A stretch of 64,000 bases of DNA from a virus (Duplodnaviria; Caudoviricetes). Made by a program: the position numbers and the translations under genes. Below are positions 1 to 10,100 of this stretch, in pieces. A model generated the notes under the pieces. It saw only the letters and a list, made by a program, of their open reading frames with translations. It did not search any database and was not told the origin of the DNA. The DNA is taken from the IMG/VR virus record IMGVR_UViG_3300028591_000103, positions 32,001 through 96,000 of that record; one strand, written 5' to 3'. Each line of letters begins with the position of its first letter. Within the stretch, counting starts at the first letter, position 1.

Positions 1-3000
1 AGGATCCTCACGCATATGTGCATACAGGTGAATATCTCCACCTTCGTCCTTTATCTTGACAAATGTTCCATATCCGTCGCCATATGATGTCTTTGCAGTT
101 CCTATAACTTCACCATCGGTTGTTGCAAGTATTGGAATCTCACCACCTAAAGTGAAGTCAACACCTGCGTGTACACGTCCATCATTCGTACCTTCTGCGT
201 CCTTATCGACAGGACGTCCACGCCATCTGAACGGACTTGACATCATTGTTCCTAATAACATCTTATCCATCCACTCACCCATGACGGTGTTTGGAACAGC
301 CGTATCAGTCCATCCAGTAGCATCGTTTTCAAACACTGTCGGATCATACTCATCGGTGTACAAACGAGCACCCTTATCGGAATAGAAACCACTGTCAAAG
401 TATTCATCATCATCCCAATATCCACCAGACAATTCTTCCATCATTGATTGGAAACCACCTGCTTCAACATCATCAGCAGCCTTGGTCATTGATTCGGCAA
501 AATTGTCCATGAATCCAGGATTCTCTTCACTACCCAATGTGTAGTTGATTAACTTCGTTGCACCTTCATCAGAACCGTCAGCAACGGATTTGACCTTTGT
601 ACGAACAGCTTCTGTTGCAGCCATTGTCCAGTATCTCTTCTTATTTCTCTCGAAACGTTTGTTATATTCAGCATCCGTTTCGCCTTCAAAACGAGGAGAT
701 TCTTTCTCAAATAACTCACGAGCTTTCGCATCAAGTTCCGATCTTTCTTCATCAGACAGACCGGATGCATCGATTTCAGCCTGTTTGTATTTCTCTTCAT
801 TGGTTGCTTTATCCAAGCTCTCATTGATTCTATCTGTTTCAGATCCACCGGTGAACATCGAAATGATATTACCGACAATGCTCTTCAGATTCGAGAGTGC
901 ATCTTGGACTTCGTCACTGAACTTGTATGGTGCATTATCATCACCGGCACCAATGATGTTATTGAATCCAAATGCCGGTGCTGCATTACCAGAACCATAC
1001 AGACCAAGAACAGAACTAGAAGCGAGAGAAGACATCGAGCGTCTTTCAACACGTCCTGTCATCGGATTCGATACAAATGCCGTACCACCAGAAGAACCGA
1101 CAACGTTCATGAAGTGATTATTTCCACGGCGTGTTGTATAATCTGTGCCACTACCAATGACTGTGATAGGATTGTCAGGCGTTGCTTGTCTCAAAGATCC
1201 AACCGTGACTCCGCCAGGTGTCAAATTCATACCCATACTTCTAGAAGCATTGATATAACCCTGAACAGATGTGCCTGCAGAAGGATTGTATGCACCCGCA
1301 GAACTCATAGCTGTTGCCAATCCGCGAGGATCAACAGCACTACCAGAACGTCTGGAATATGCATCTGCTAATGCAACAGGACCACAACCACGTTGAGCCA
1401 TATTAAGATAATTTCCATATCTCGATTGTGCTCCATATCCCCCATAGATGGAACTGTAATCAGCATCACCCGCACCGACCAAACCTTCCATCGGAGAAGT
1501 GTTTAATGATTCTGGTATCGGTGTCCTCTTTTCACGTGTTTCTTCTTCTTTGTCCTCTTCAGTATTTACACCAAGGACATTTGCCCAAGTTTCACCAGCA
1601 AGTGTGACACTTTTCTTCATACCGTCAACAACATTATGCGCACCGGATTTTGTCATGTTCGTACCCATATCAAATAACTTCTTACCGGTTTCAGCTGTAC
1701 TATCACTTGATGTCAACCATTTTACGATTGTTCCAACTGCCATCAATACACCACCGATAGCAGTAATGATGATACCGAGACCGACTTGTACGATACCGAG
1801 CAATATTTCAAGCGTATTTCCTATCGCTCTTAATACAGGTACAACAACTGTCTGAAGAATTGCTGTTAATGGAACAAGAAGTATTTCGACCAATCCTGTT
1901 ATCATTTCCAGAATCGGACTTAATATATCCATGATTTGTTCGAGAAGCGGTCCGATTGCTTCCAACAGAGGTTTGATGAATTCAACAACAGCTTCTACAA
2001 TCTGAACAACATACTCGATGATTTGTTTCAGAACTTTCGCAACTGTTGCCATCAGAGGTTTCAAAGCGGTATACAGTTTCTGGAATGCTTTGTTCAAAGG
2101 TTGTAAAGCTGTCTTCAAGACCTTCATACCAAGATCCATAATCTTTTTAACCGCAGCCATAGAAAGAACCACAGTCAACACAGCTTTCGCGATACCCATC
2201 AGGATACCGCTCATACCACCAAGAATTTTACCAAGATCGAAACCAATACCTTTCTTACCAGCAGATGCAGCTGCTCCTGCTGCAGCACCAGAAGTTGCGG
2301 CCGACGTTGCTTTTGCTGCGGTTATATCAGTTGCTGATATTCCTGGCATTGTCGTAGCGGAATCAATAGATGGCATTGATGGAGTTACACCTGCTGGAGT
2401 TGTAGGCATTGTACTACCATATCCTGCAGGAATATTTCGTGCAGTCAGATCCGTTCCGCCTGCACTTTCACCACCACCACCAATAGACTGCATTTCGGTA
2501 CTACCACCACTTGCTGTGGTACTTGTACCTCCACTGCTACTACCAGCAGATTTCGTTTCCAGTGATTTCACACCATTTTCGAAAACAGTCTTTAGATTCA
2601 TGATGCCTGATAACATTCTTGAGAGAACCGTTTCACCTGCACCAGATTTACCGTCTTTACTCTTTAACAGATCAAAGATTCCTTTCGTGGATTGATCTGC
2701 AAGAGTCTGTGGTTTCATTTCCCTCTTACTTTCGAAAGCTGACATGAAACCTTGACCGAATTCTGTTTGTTTGAACTTGTCTCCTAATTTGGAGAAACTG
2801 TCCATAAATCCAGAACGTCGAGCACCCTGTTGTCCAGGAACCTCAATCGATTCCATTGTTGGATTTGCTACAGTTCCGCCTTGTCCTTGTTGCGGAACAG
2901 TGATACTATCCATCGTCGGAGATGTACCTTTGCGAGCACCAATATTATGTGCAGCATTGCTTGCTTTTGCTTTCATAATATCTGCTTTTCCGATGGATTC

Positions 3001-5658
3001 CATATCATTCTCTCCAGCAGGTTCTCCGAACATATAATTCCGGAATCTACCGAAGAGACCTGCAGATTCATCAGAACCCATGAAACCTTCTTTGATCGAT
3101 TGTCCGCCACGAACAATCATATTTCCAGAAGATTTCAAACTATTGATGATAGGTGCCAACAAGGTCTTTCCGAGAGATGTAACAAACGTTTTAGCTTTAC
3201 CGATAAATCCACCAAACGCAGTCTTTACAATTCCCCAACCCCACGTCAGAATCTTACCGAGTTTTGATGAAGCCGGTTTCTTGGAATCGCTACGCTTCAA
3301 AGTTCCTTCCACAATTGCATTCAATCGTGCTTTTAACTTTGGATTCTTGATTTCGGAAATCTGTGTGGATAATGCAGCCATGTCTTCTTTCGTGTCACCA
3401 TCTGCTGCGGACGCTGTCATTGCTTGAAGAACAGCATTTGCAATGTCACGATCTTCTTGATCTGTGTCTGCACTATTCATCTCATTCTGTGCAAGAGCTT
3501 TGTTGACTTCGATGGAGGCTGTTGCTTTTCCACGATCAGCGACATTTCCAAGATCATCAAATGTTTTATTGATTTCTCCACTGATAATATCAGAAACTTT
3601 GCCCAATGGATTTGTTACCCAGTCTTTGATTTGCTGACCGGTATCAGATTGGCCCTGTCCGCCTTGTTGTCCACCACCAGTACCACCGTCATTACCACCA
3701 CCGTCATCTCCACCAGTTCCAGCAGGTGGTGTGTTGACAGTTGCACCTTTCGTGACAGTAGCAGTTGCAGATGGTTTTGATGTTCCCGTGGAAGAAATGT
3801 GTTTAACATGCATTTTGCTGAATGCTTTCTTTCGAGAACCATTCACAGCAAATACATTGATACCGCGATTCAATATCTCAAAGATTGACGCAACATAATC
3901 CAATGTCGTATCAGTAGACTTCTTGAAAGTATCACCAATGGATCCAAGAACTTCAGACTGACGCATTCTCTCCAGATCTGCTTTTCGTTCAGCTTCAGCA
4001 GAAGCACTGTCAGTTTTCTTAAATCCTTTTGGTATATCTTCTTCTTTGATGAGACCCTGCTCAATCAACTCACCATATGTGAGTGTAGATTTTCCACTCA
4101 CGTTCTTGAGATATTTATTAGCAACATCATCAATCATTTGATCCGTAATTGGACCGATGTCATGTGTATCGTGTGCATTCTGTGCATATTTTTTCAGATT
4201 GTTGTGTGATTTATCAATCTGCTGTTGTAATGTTATGACAAACGAAGTTCTCATAGACTTATCTGTCAATAATTTTGATGTAATAAAATCAACAGCTTCT
4301 TGCCATTCAGCACGAGACTTTCCATCAGTATGATTGCGAGCTAAAGCATCAACAACACGATCATTTATTTCTTGGATACCACCATCTTCAAATGTCTCTT
4401 GAGGTATTGTGACGTTGCCTTTTCTACGGAAGTGATTTATATAATAATACGTGAAAATACGTTGTGCTTTGTTAATCATCGATGAGTCAAGTTTCGTACC
4501 GGACGAAACACGTTTGCCTTCAACATACCGGGTATTGAATCCAGATGTTATAGAACCTCTCAACACATTCGCAAATCCGGATTCTCGTTCTGTGGTAAGA
4601 GTTCCTTCAGATGATACCCATAATGTTTGACCAGTAACAGCTTCGGTGATACGTCTCAAATATCCAGGGATGATATCAATGATTGTTTTTCGTGTCATTC
4701 CATCAAACACGGCTTTATCGCGATTATATTGATTTTCAATGAATAAACTATAATCTTGATTTGCTCGTCTAGATGTATGATCACCGAATAATTTCTTGAA
4801 TAGTTTATTGTTCAATAACTTCGTCAAGAAATTATTTTGTGCATTGGCTATCTTGGTATCAATATCCTCTTGGAGTTGTTCGTATGTTTTGCCACCGATT
4901 TTGATTTTATCGCCGAACATTCCAGGAATCATACCTGCTAATGAACCAAGCATCTGTGCATTTGATTCTCCACCCATAGAACCCATAGACAGAAAACTTT
5001 TGAGCATGGATATGGGCATTGCAATCATCTGTAATTTATCGCTGGCTGTGCTCTTAGCAAAATTAAATACAGATCCAAATGTCAGATTACCACTGGCATC
5101 AAATGGTCCATTGTTTCGACTTTGTTGCTTTTTCGATATTGTCGTCAGTTCAATCAACTTATCGAGTTTTGAACCAATGCTTGTCAAAGATGAATTGATA
5201 TTGCCTAAAGATGCAATAATTTCGGATGAACGAGTATTCATCGTTGAGATGATTTCAGATGCAGTCATTGCAGAAGCTTCAGTCTGTTTTCCAGCAATCT
5301 CATACATGGAACTGACTTGACTTTTTGCAATATCTTTCATGGACTCATAATCCAATACTTTCGCTTTTGGCTCATCTTCTTTTTCATCAGCACCAAATTG
5401 GAAACCTGCATCAAAATCATCATCGTCATTATCAAATGCAGAATTTTGTCCAAGCTCATCACTACGATGGAACAACGAATCTGTGACTTTCTTGAATTGT
5501 GCACTATTGCGAATTTCACGATACTTTTCGACAGCGGTTCTTCCACCAGTCATCAATGTATCTTTGATATTTTCTGCATCTGATTTCAATTCACTGATTG
5601 ATTGCGGTACCAACGATGATCCGAAACCCTTTGCAAAATCCAATAAAAGATTCGGCAT
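1..5658 (-). CDS. Giant tail-associated lysin / tape-measure-like protein with C39-like and M23 peptidase domains (runs off the left edge)
   Basis: RBS GAAAGGAG precedes ATG CCG AAT at 5658. The frame appears open to position 1, which explains its absence from the ORF track. It contains FDGMTRKTIIDIIPGYLRRI, a helical/amphipathic stretch, a papain-fold motif QRGCGP...NNHFMNVVG...VSNP (~1030-1440) and M23 motifs HAGVD...YGTFVKI...HLYAHM (~1-250). Confidence 0.8.
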   Translation of the reverse strand, partial: MPNLLLDFAKGFGSSLVPQSISELKSDAENIKDTLMTGGRTAVEKYREIRNSAQFKKVTDSLFHRSDELGQNSAFDNDDDDFDAGFQFGADEKEDEPKAKVLDYESMKDIAKSQVSSMYEIAGKQTEASAMTASEIISTMNTRSSEIIASLGNINSSLTSIGSKLDKLIELTTISKKQQSRNNGPFDASGNLTFGSVFNFAKSTASDKLQMIAMPISMLKSFLSMGSMGGESNAQMLGSLAGMIPGMFGDKIKIGGKTYEQLQEDIDTKIANAQNNFLTKLLNNKLFKKLFGDHTSRRANQDYSLFIENQYNRDKAVFDGMTRKTIIDIIPGYLRRITEAVTGQTLWVSSEGTLTTERESGFANVLRGSITSGFNTRYVEGKRVSSGTKLDSSMINKAQRIFTYYYINHFRRKGNVTIPQETFEDGGIQEINDRVVDALARNHTDGKSRAEWQEAVDFITSKLLTDKSMRTSFVITLQQQIDKSHNNLKKYAQNAHDTHDIGPITDQMIDDVANKYLKNVSGKSTLTYGELIEQGLIKEEDIPKGFKKTDSASAEAERKADLERMRQSEVLGSIGDTFKKSTDTTLDYVASIFEILNRGINVFAVNGSRKKAFSKMHVKHISSTGTSKPSATATVTKGATVNTPPAGTGGDDGGGNDGGTGGGQQGGQGQSDTGQQIKDWVTNPLGKVSDIISGEINKTFDDLGNVADRGKATASIEVNKALAQNEMNSADTDQEDRDIANAVLQAMTASAADGDTKEDMAALSTQISEIKNPKLKARLNAIVEGTLKRSDSKKPASSKLGKILTWGWGIVKTAFGGFIGKAKTFVTSLGKTLLAPIINSLKSSGNMIVRGGQSIKEGFMGSDESAGLFGRFRNYMFGEPAGENDMESIGKADIMKAKASNAAHNIGARKGTSPTMDSITVPQQGQGGTVANPTMESIEVPGQQGARRSGFMDSFSKLGDKFKQTEFGQGFMSAFESKREMKPQTLADQSTKGIFDLLKSKDGKSGAGETVLSRMLSGIMNLKTVFENGVKSLETKSAGSSSGGTSTTASGGSTEMQSIGGGGESAGGTDLTARNIPAGYGSTMPTTPAGVTPSMPSIDSATTMPGISATDITAAKATSAATSGAAAGAAASAGKKGIGFDLGKILGGMSGILMGIAKAVLTVVLSMAAVKKIMDLGMKVLKTALQPLNKAFQKLYTALKPLMATVAKVLKQIIEYVVQIVEAVVEFIKPLLEAIGPLLEQIMDILSPILEMITGLVEILLVPLTAILQTVVVPVLRAIGNTLEILLGIVQVGLGIIITAIGGVLMAVGTIVKWLTSSDSTAETGKKLFDMGTNMTKSGAHNVVDGMKKSVTLAGETWANVLGVNTEEDKEEETREKRTPIPESLNTSPMEGLVGAGDADYSSIYGGYGAQSRYGNYLNMAQRGCGPVALADAYSRRSGSAVDPRGLATAMSSAGAYNPSAGTSVQGYINASRSMGMNLTPGGVTVGSLRQATPDNPITVIGSGTDYTTRRGNNHFMNVVGSSGGTAFVSNPMTGRVERRSMSSLASSSVLGLYGSGNAAPAFGFNNIIGAGDDNAPYKFSDEVQDALSNLKSIVGNIISMFTGGSETDRINESLDKATNEEKYKQAEIDASGLSDEERSELDAKARELFEKESPRFEGETDAEYNKRFERNKKRYWTMAATEAVRTKVKSVADGSDEGATKLINYTLGSEENPGFMDNFAESMTKAADDVEAGGFQSMMEELSGGYWDDDEYFDSGFYSDKGARLYTDEYDPTVFENDATGWTDTAVPNTVMGEWMDKMLLGTMMSSPFRWRGRPVDKDAEGTNDGRVHAGVDFTLGGEIPILATTDGEVIGTAKTSYGDGYGTFVKIKDEGGDIHLYAHMREDP

Positions 5659-5709
5659 ATCATTCATCTCCTTTCATGAGAATTTGAGGTATATAAATTA
5701 ACATAGAGA

Positions 5710-5734
5710 ATGCGTGGGCCGAGAGCCCACGCAT
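5710..5734. terminator. GC-rich hairpin ATGCGTGGGC-CGAGA-GCCCACGCAT
   Basis: Perfect 10-bp stem just downstream of the 5762..6529 gene. Confidence 0.6.
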
Positions 5735-5761
5735 CATCTCTCTGTGTTGTTTTCATTGTGA

Positions 5762-6529
5762 TTAGAAGAATTGGATCAAATCTATTTCATCGAGATGGAA
5801 TGTATTTGTCCATTTTTCAACCAATGCATTTCGCGCATCTTCAGCTCCAGACCAGTCATCAATACGCAATTGAATTTCTTTGAATGCCGATCCAACATTG
5901 TTCATATTCTTCAACGTATTATAGAGAACACGTTTCACATCCAATGTCGCTAACTCCATAAAAGATTCACGACACGAGATAGGAATTGTTTCCAATGATG
6001 GATCATGATCACACTTTGCAACGAATTTCACGTATGCTTCTTTTGGGAAATCAAACAGTTGAATCTTGTTGAATCCCAACCACTTTGATGTTTGTGGACG
6101 AGATGTCACACCTGCATATTTATTAATAGCAGCTCCTGTTGCATTTGCATTCAAAATATCCTGAGGATAATATGAACCAAATCCAACAAAAGGTGTTCCA
6201 ACTGTAAATGCATTGATAGCAGCTTCTTCATCTTGGTATTTGGAATTTGCCAAATAGGCATCTGCATATTGCACCGGAGTCCTTGTCAAAGTTTCTGGAA
6301 GAATATAAATCCCCATACTCTTTGAGAAGTCATCCGGTGAACGCAGATTTTTTATGGAATCGAAAGCTTCGCGAATCCATGGTTTATATTGAGAGAAGGT
6401 GCGAACAGATGTTTGAATAATCTCCTGTAACACGATCTCGGTCGGTTTGTTGAATGGAAGCGCAATGGTTTCCAAACCCAATGACAATTTGATGTCATTG
6501 ATAACATCCGAAATATTCAATGAATTCAC
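5762..6529 (-). CDS. Virion structural protein, putative neck/head-tail connector (T4 gp13-like)
   Basis: 255 aa, GGAGG RBS. The N-terminal INDIKLSLG and C-terminal LYNTLK...IQLRIDDW pattern resemble myophage neck proteins; lies in the head/tail gene block. Confidence 0.5.
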   Translation of the reverse strand: MNSLNISDVINDIKLSLGLETIALPFNKPTEIVLQEIIQTSVRTFSQYKPWIREAFDSIKNLRSPDDFSKSMGIYILPETLTRTPVQYADAYLANSKYQDEEAAINAFTVGTPFVGFGSYYPQDILNANATGAAINKYAGVTSRPQTSKWLGFNKIQLFDFPKEAYVKFVAKCDHDPSLETIPISCRESFMELATLDVKRVLYNTLKNMNNVGSAFKEIQLRIDDWSGAEDARNALVEKWTNTFHLDEIDLIQFF

Positions 6530-6544
6530 ACCTCCTCACAACAA

Positions 6545-6730
6545 TCAATCCTTTGAAGGATCGGCCATAATACTTGCCAATGTTGGCATCGGTGGGTTAT
6601 TCTCTTGAACGGATTCGATATTACCCGAACCACGTTCTGACAGAGATTTTCCACACCAATCATCAAAAAGACAACCTGTCTCTTTGACGAATGTTGTGCA
6701 TGCTTCACATGCTTCTTGACTGAAGAGCAT
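6545..6730 (-). CDS. Small Cys-containing hypothetical protein, possible head component
   Basis: 61 aa ORF filling the gap between genes, with an upstream RBS-like GAAGGG; carries the SVQE motif. Confidence 0.45.
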   Translation of the reverse strand: MLFSQEACEACTTFVKETGCLFDDWCGKSLSERGSGNIESVQENNPPMPTLASIMADPSKD

Positions 6731-6758
6731 TTATCAACCCTTCTTTCAATCTTATTTC

Positions 6759-7823
6759 TTACGCATTATCAGCGGTAAGCTTGTCCTGATCTGCCTTGAT
6801 CTGGTCACGGAACTGCGCACGCTTGTCCATGTTCTTCATGCCCTTGTTCTTGGCATAGAACTTTTCCTCGGCAGTATCAACACGCGTGTCAACTTCCTTC
6901 CACATCTCATCAGTCTTCTTACGAAGCTCTTCGATGCGAGCAGTCTGCTTGTTGTTTGCTTCAGTGAGATCCTGAAGAATCGACTTTGATAACTGGACCA
7001 TTGTGTTGAGAACCGAAGAATTACCTGACTTCTTCAGATCATCATAACCTTCTCCTTCGGCCGCAGAATCAGCGTTTTCCTTAAGGCCTGCACACATTTT
7101 CTTGATGCGTTCTGCATTCTTGATGGCATTATCAAAAGCAAAAGAAGCCTTTCTGGTATTTGCTTCAAATTCACCGGCCTTAACAAATGATGTCTTCTCA
7201 AGAGCCTTGGACATTTTCTTTGCAGGATCATTCATGATACGCATGATTTTTCTGAGAACATCAAGTGATTCCTTTTCACGACCGTTGTTCAGCTTCTCAA
7301 CGCAATCCTCAACCATTGTTGCATACTGCTCGTATGAATCAACAGCATCGATCAGAGCTTCGAAATCAAACCACGGAATCAGAGCGGTCCAGGTGTCGTC
7401 ATCGTTACGCTCAACCTTGAAACCGGCCTTCTTGCAAGCTTTGACAACTTCAGAGTTGTTGAATCTATTCAGCTTTGCAATGTTATCCTTGCTGAACTTG
7501 GAGAAGAAACCGACAATCTTCTCTTTGATTGCTCTGAAGAATTTGCAGATAGCTGTCCAGATTGTCTGAAGAAGTTTGCCAGGCTTGGAGTTCTTAAACC
7601 GCTCACCGAGAGACGGCTTCTTTTCACCTTCGCCGCCATCTGTCAGATCTGCTGCTTCCATAATGGAATATGCAACGTCAGGATCTTCAACAGATTCCTG
7701 AATCATCACAGACTTCAGATACACGTCAGCAAGTGAAATAAGCACATTAGCTTCTGATTCAAGCACAACGTCATCAATGGCGTCGATTCTTTCGAGGATA
7801 CTTTCCTGAATCATTTCATTCAT
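6759..7823 (-). CDS. Internal head (ejection) protein with conserved cleavable leader
   Basis: 354 aa, AAAGGAG RBS. MIQE|S occurs twice plus SIME|A, followed by an amphipathic basic helix. The leader is paralogous to that of 27440..28684. Confidence 0.6.
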   Translation of the reverse strand: MNEMIQESILERIDAIDDVVLESEANVLISLADVYLKSVMIQESVEDPDVAYSIMEAADLTDGGEGEKKPSLGERFKNSKPGKLLQTIWTAICKFFRAIKEKIVGFFSKFSKDNIAKLNRFNNSEVVKACKKAGFKVERNDDDTWTALIPWFDFEALIDAVDSYEQYATMVEDCVEKLNNGREKESLDVLRKIMRIMNDPAKKMSKALEKTSFVKAGEFEANTRKASFAFDNAIKNAERIKKMCAGLKENADSAAEGEGYDDLKKSGNSSVLNTMVQLSKSILQDLTEANNKQTARIEELRKKTDEMWKEVDTRVDTAEEKFYAKNKGMKNMDKRAQFRDQIKADQDKLTADNA

Positions 7824-7841
7824 GATGTAACACTCCTTTTA

Positions 7842-8435
7842 TTATTTTGAATATGAATCGATAGCATGCATGACAGGTGTTTTCGTGTCATAGAATGCCA
7901 TTCGATTTTCGATAGATGCGATCTTTGGATTGGTCTTCGAATTACGAGTTGCCAACCAAAGATACAGAGACATATCGTCGCGATATACTCTTGCCAATTT
8001 GTTGTATTGGTTACGAGTCATTGCAACGAGCTGCTGTGATTCAATGTCAGAAAGATTTTCATTGATAGATTCCATGGTATTTTTCAATGCCAGAGATCCT
8101 TCCAGAAAAGTCTGATTCACATTCTTCATGTCTTCCAATGTATGTCGGACACGGTATGGAGACTTTTCTGACATATCAGAAAACATTCCGTCATAGTATT
8201 TCTTTGTGATTGGGATTACCTTACCGTCGTATTTTGAGGTCTGATCATCCCCGTTACGATAAGAAACATATCCTTCCAGAAATGTATTCATTTCATTCAG
8301 GATCTTACCGTAATCAAGTGATGAATACATCACATCGTCTTTCGGTCGGATGTTCGGAACGGTTTTGGCAACGTCTTCGAACATTGTCCGATATTCACAA
8401 ACGATTTGTCCAATCTCTTTTGCCATAACTTTCAT
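7842..8435 (-). CDS. Hypothetical protein (start uncertain, 8426-8465)
   Basis: ORF of about 200 aa directly following the stop of the upstream gene; no motif recognised. Confidence 0.6.
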   Translation of the reverse strand: MKVMAKEIGQIVCEYRTMFEDVAKTVPNIRPKDDVMYSSLDYGKILNEMNTFLEGYVSYRNGDDQTSKYDGKVIPITKKYYDGMFSDMSEKSPYRVRHTLEDMKNVNQTFLEGSLALKNTMESINENLSDIESQQLVAMTRNQYNKLARVYRDDMSLYLWLATRNSKTNPKIASIENRMAFYDTKTPVMHAIDSYSK

Positions 8436-8437
8436 CA

Positions 8438-9475
8438 TCACCCTTCCGGAAGTGTAGCATTGCATCCCAACGGTACCAACGGAATTCTGACTTTCAGTAT
8501 CTGTGATAACATACGACCGAGTTCCGTTTGTAACTGCACAAGATGTTCACGAGTGTGAGGTACAATATACCGACAATCTTGTGTATCAATACATGTTAAA
8601 TAGAAATTCACAAGTTCCAATTTGGAACAAGTGTATCCAGCTATCATGGATTGATCGTTGACATCTTGAATGGCTCTGGATTCCATCTCAATATAAGCGA
8701 TAATATCATCAGGAATCGGTTTAAGACGTTTCGGTTTCTTTGAGAAGAATGCTTCCTCATATGTTTCATCATCACCGTAAGAATGACGATACTCTTCGTG
8801 TTCAGTATCGCCATCACCCATATCCATGTATTCATAGTCATCGTCATCAATGACTTCTTCATCATCCAGATCATGAATCTGTTTGAGTTCTTCTTTTGAA
8901 TCACGGACTTCGGCTTTCAGATCCTTGGGTAATGACTCGTGATCTCTGGCACCGAGATAATGATCAACCAGGTCATCAACTTCCTTGTCGTCTTCTGATT
9001 TACAACATTTCAGTTGATCCATGAATTGTTGACCATTCTGGATACCAGTCAAAGATATTTCAATCGTACCATCATCAGACATTCGTCCAATGATCCCTGA
9101 CAAGATGATTTTCAGATGTTTTGGTCCTTCAATACCATGACGAGTCATTGCATTGATCGGAACATTTGTCATTGTCAAACATTCCGCTTGGCGTTCAACA
9201 TCATCCGCATCATCGAATATGGTACCTTTTGCAATTGCTTCAGCAACGCTTTCCATCTGAATCTCCGAAACATCTTTCGGATATAACAAATGAATTTCAT
9301 CGTTGTTAGAATACACACGGACATCTGACCCAGTATAGGTCGATGCAACGACACGTTTATTCTTTGACGGATGTTTGATTTTCGCATATTCAGAAATCGC
9401 TTCAACTTTTCCACTCTTCAGAAATGCTTTAACCATATCACGTTCAAAACCATTCGTTAGCACACACTTCACCAT
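8438..9475 (-). CDS. Putative virion/head protein with acidic linker
   Basis: 345 aa, GAAAGGA RBS; D/E-rich linker ending TYEE|A, followed by a compact C-terminal domain. Confidence 0.6.
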   Translation of the reverse strand: MVKCVLTNGFERDMVKAFLKSGKVEAISEYAKIKHPSKNKRVVASTYTGSDVRVYSNNDEIHLLYPKDVSEIQMESVAEAIAKGTIFDDADDVERQAECLTMTNVPINAMTRHGIEGPKHLKIILSGIIGRMSDDGTIEISLTGIQNGQQFMDQLKCCKSEDDKEVDDLVDHYLGARDHESLPKDLKAEVRDSKEELKQIHDLDDEEVIDDDDYEYMDMGDGDTEHEEYRHSYGDDETYEEAFFSKKPKRLKPIPDDIIAYIEMESRAIQDVNDQSMIAGYTCSKLELVNFYLTCIDTQDCRYIVPHTREHLVQLQTELGRMLSQILKVRIPLVPLGCNATLPEG

Positions 9476-9510
9476 CCTTTCTTGTAAATTTAATTTGGAG
9501 GTAATTTAAA

Positions 9511-10032
9511 ATGACTATTCAGATCAATAATCCGGCAATATGTATCGTGATCATCACGTTACTCGCATTATCCACAATCGTATGTGGAATCATACTATTT
9601 GTAGTATGTCGATCCATGAAACGAATTCGTCGACAATTAGACGAAACAAATCGTTTGTTGTATTTCAATCATATTGGATATCGAAATACATCACAAGCAA
9701 TCGTTGATACACAATATCAGATGGAACTGATTTATGATCAATTGGAAACATTGTCAACGAATCTTCATATACATATTGAGACCGAAGAGAATAAATCTAA
9801 TAGAAAGATTTATCCAAGACCTGATATGGTCAAACAAATCACTTCGACAATTCTCGAACAGTTCGATACATTTTGGACATTGTCCAGGAATTTGAAAGCT
9901 CCGTCGAATGATTATCTAGATACAATCACATTGAATGTGATGAATACATATCCAGAAATAGAACCTCAATACATTATAAACAAATGCATTGCAATCACGC
10001 AACAAAAGCTTGATCAAATCGGATCGGAATGA
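9511..10032 (+). CDS. Hypothetical single-pass membrane protein
   Basis: GGAGG RBS; hydrophobic residues ~9-32 followed by a basic patch and coiled coil. Confidence 0.7.
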   Translation: MTIQINNPAICIVIITLLALSTIVCGIILFVVCRSMKRIRRQLDETNRLLYFNHIGYRNTSQAIVDTQYQMELIYDQLETLSTNLHIHIETEENKSNRKIYPRPDMVKQITSTILEQFDTFWTLSRNLKAPSNDYLDTITLNVMNTYPEIEPQYIINKCIAITQQKLDQIGSE

Positions 10033-10040
10033 TAAATGAT

Positions 10041-10068
10041 TGATGGCGGGGGATATCCCCCGCCATCA
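10041..10068. terminator. Perfect palindrome TGATGGCGGGGG-ATAT-CCCCCGCCATCA between convergent genes
   Basis: Lies between the 9511..10032 stop and the capsid gene stop. Confidence 0.75.
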
Positions 10069-10100
10069 TCACTTCAGGCGTTTGTTTGCCGGAGATTATA

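Noticed and set aside
56-5701. Many 60-225 aa ORFs listed in the first 5.7 kb
   Set aside because: Shadow ORFs of the single long minus-strand gene that runs off the window edge.
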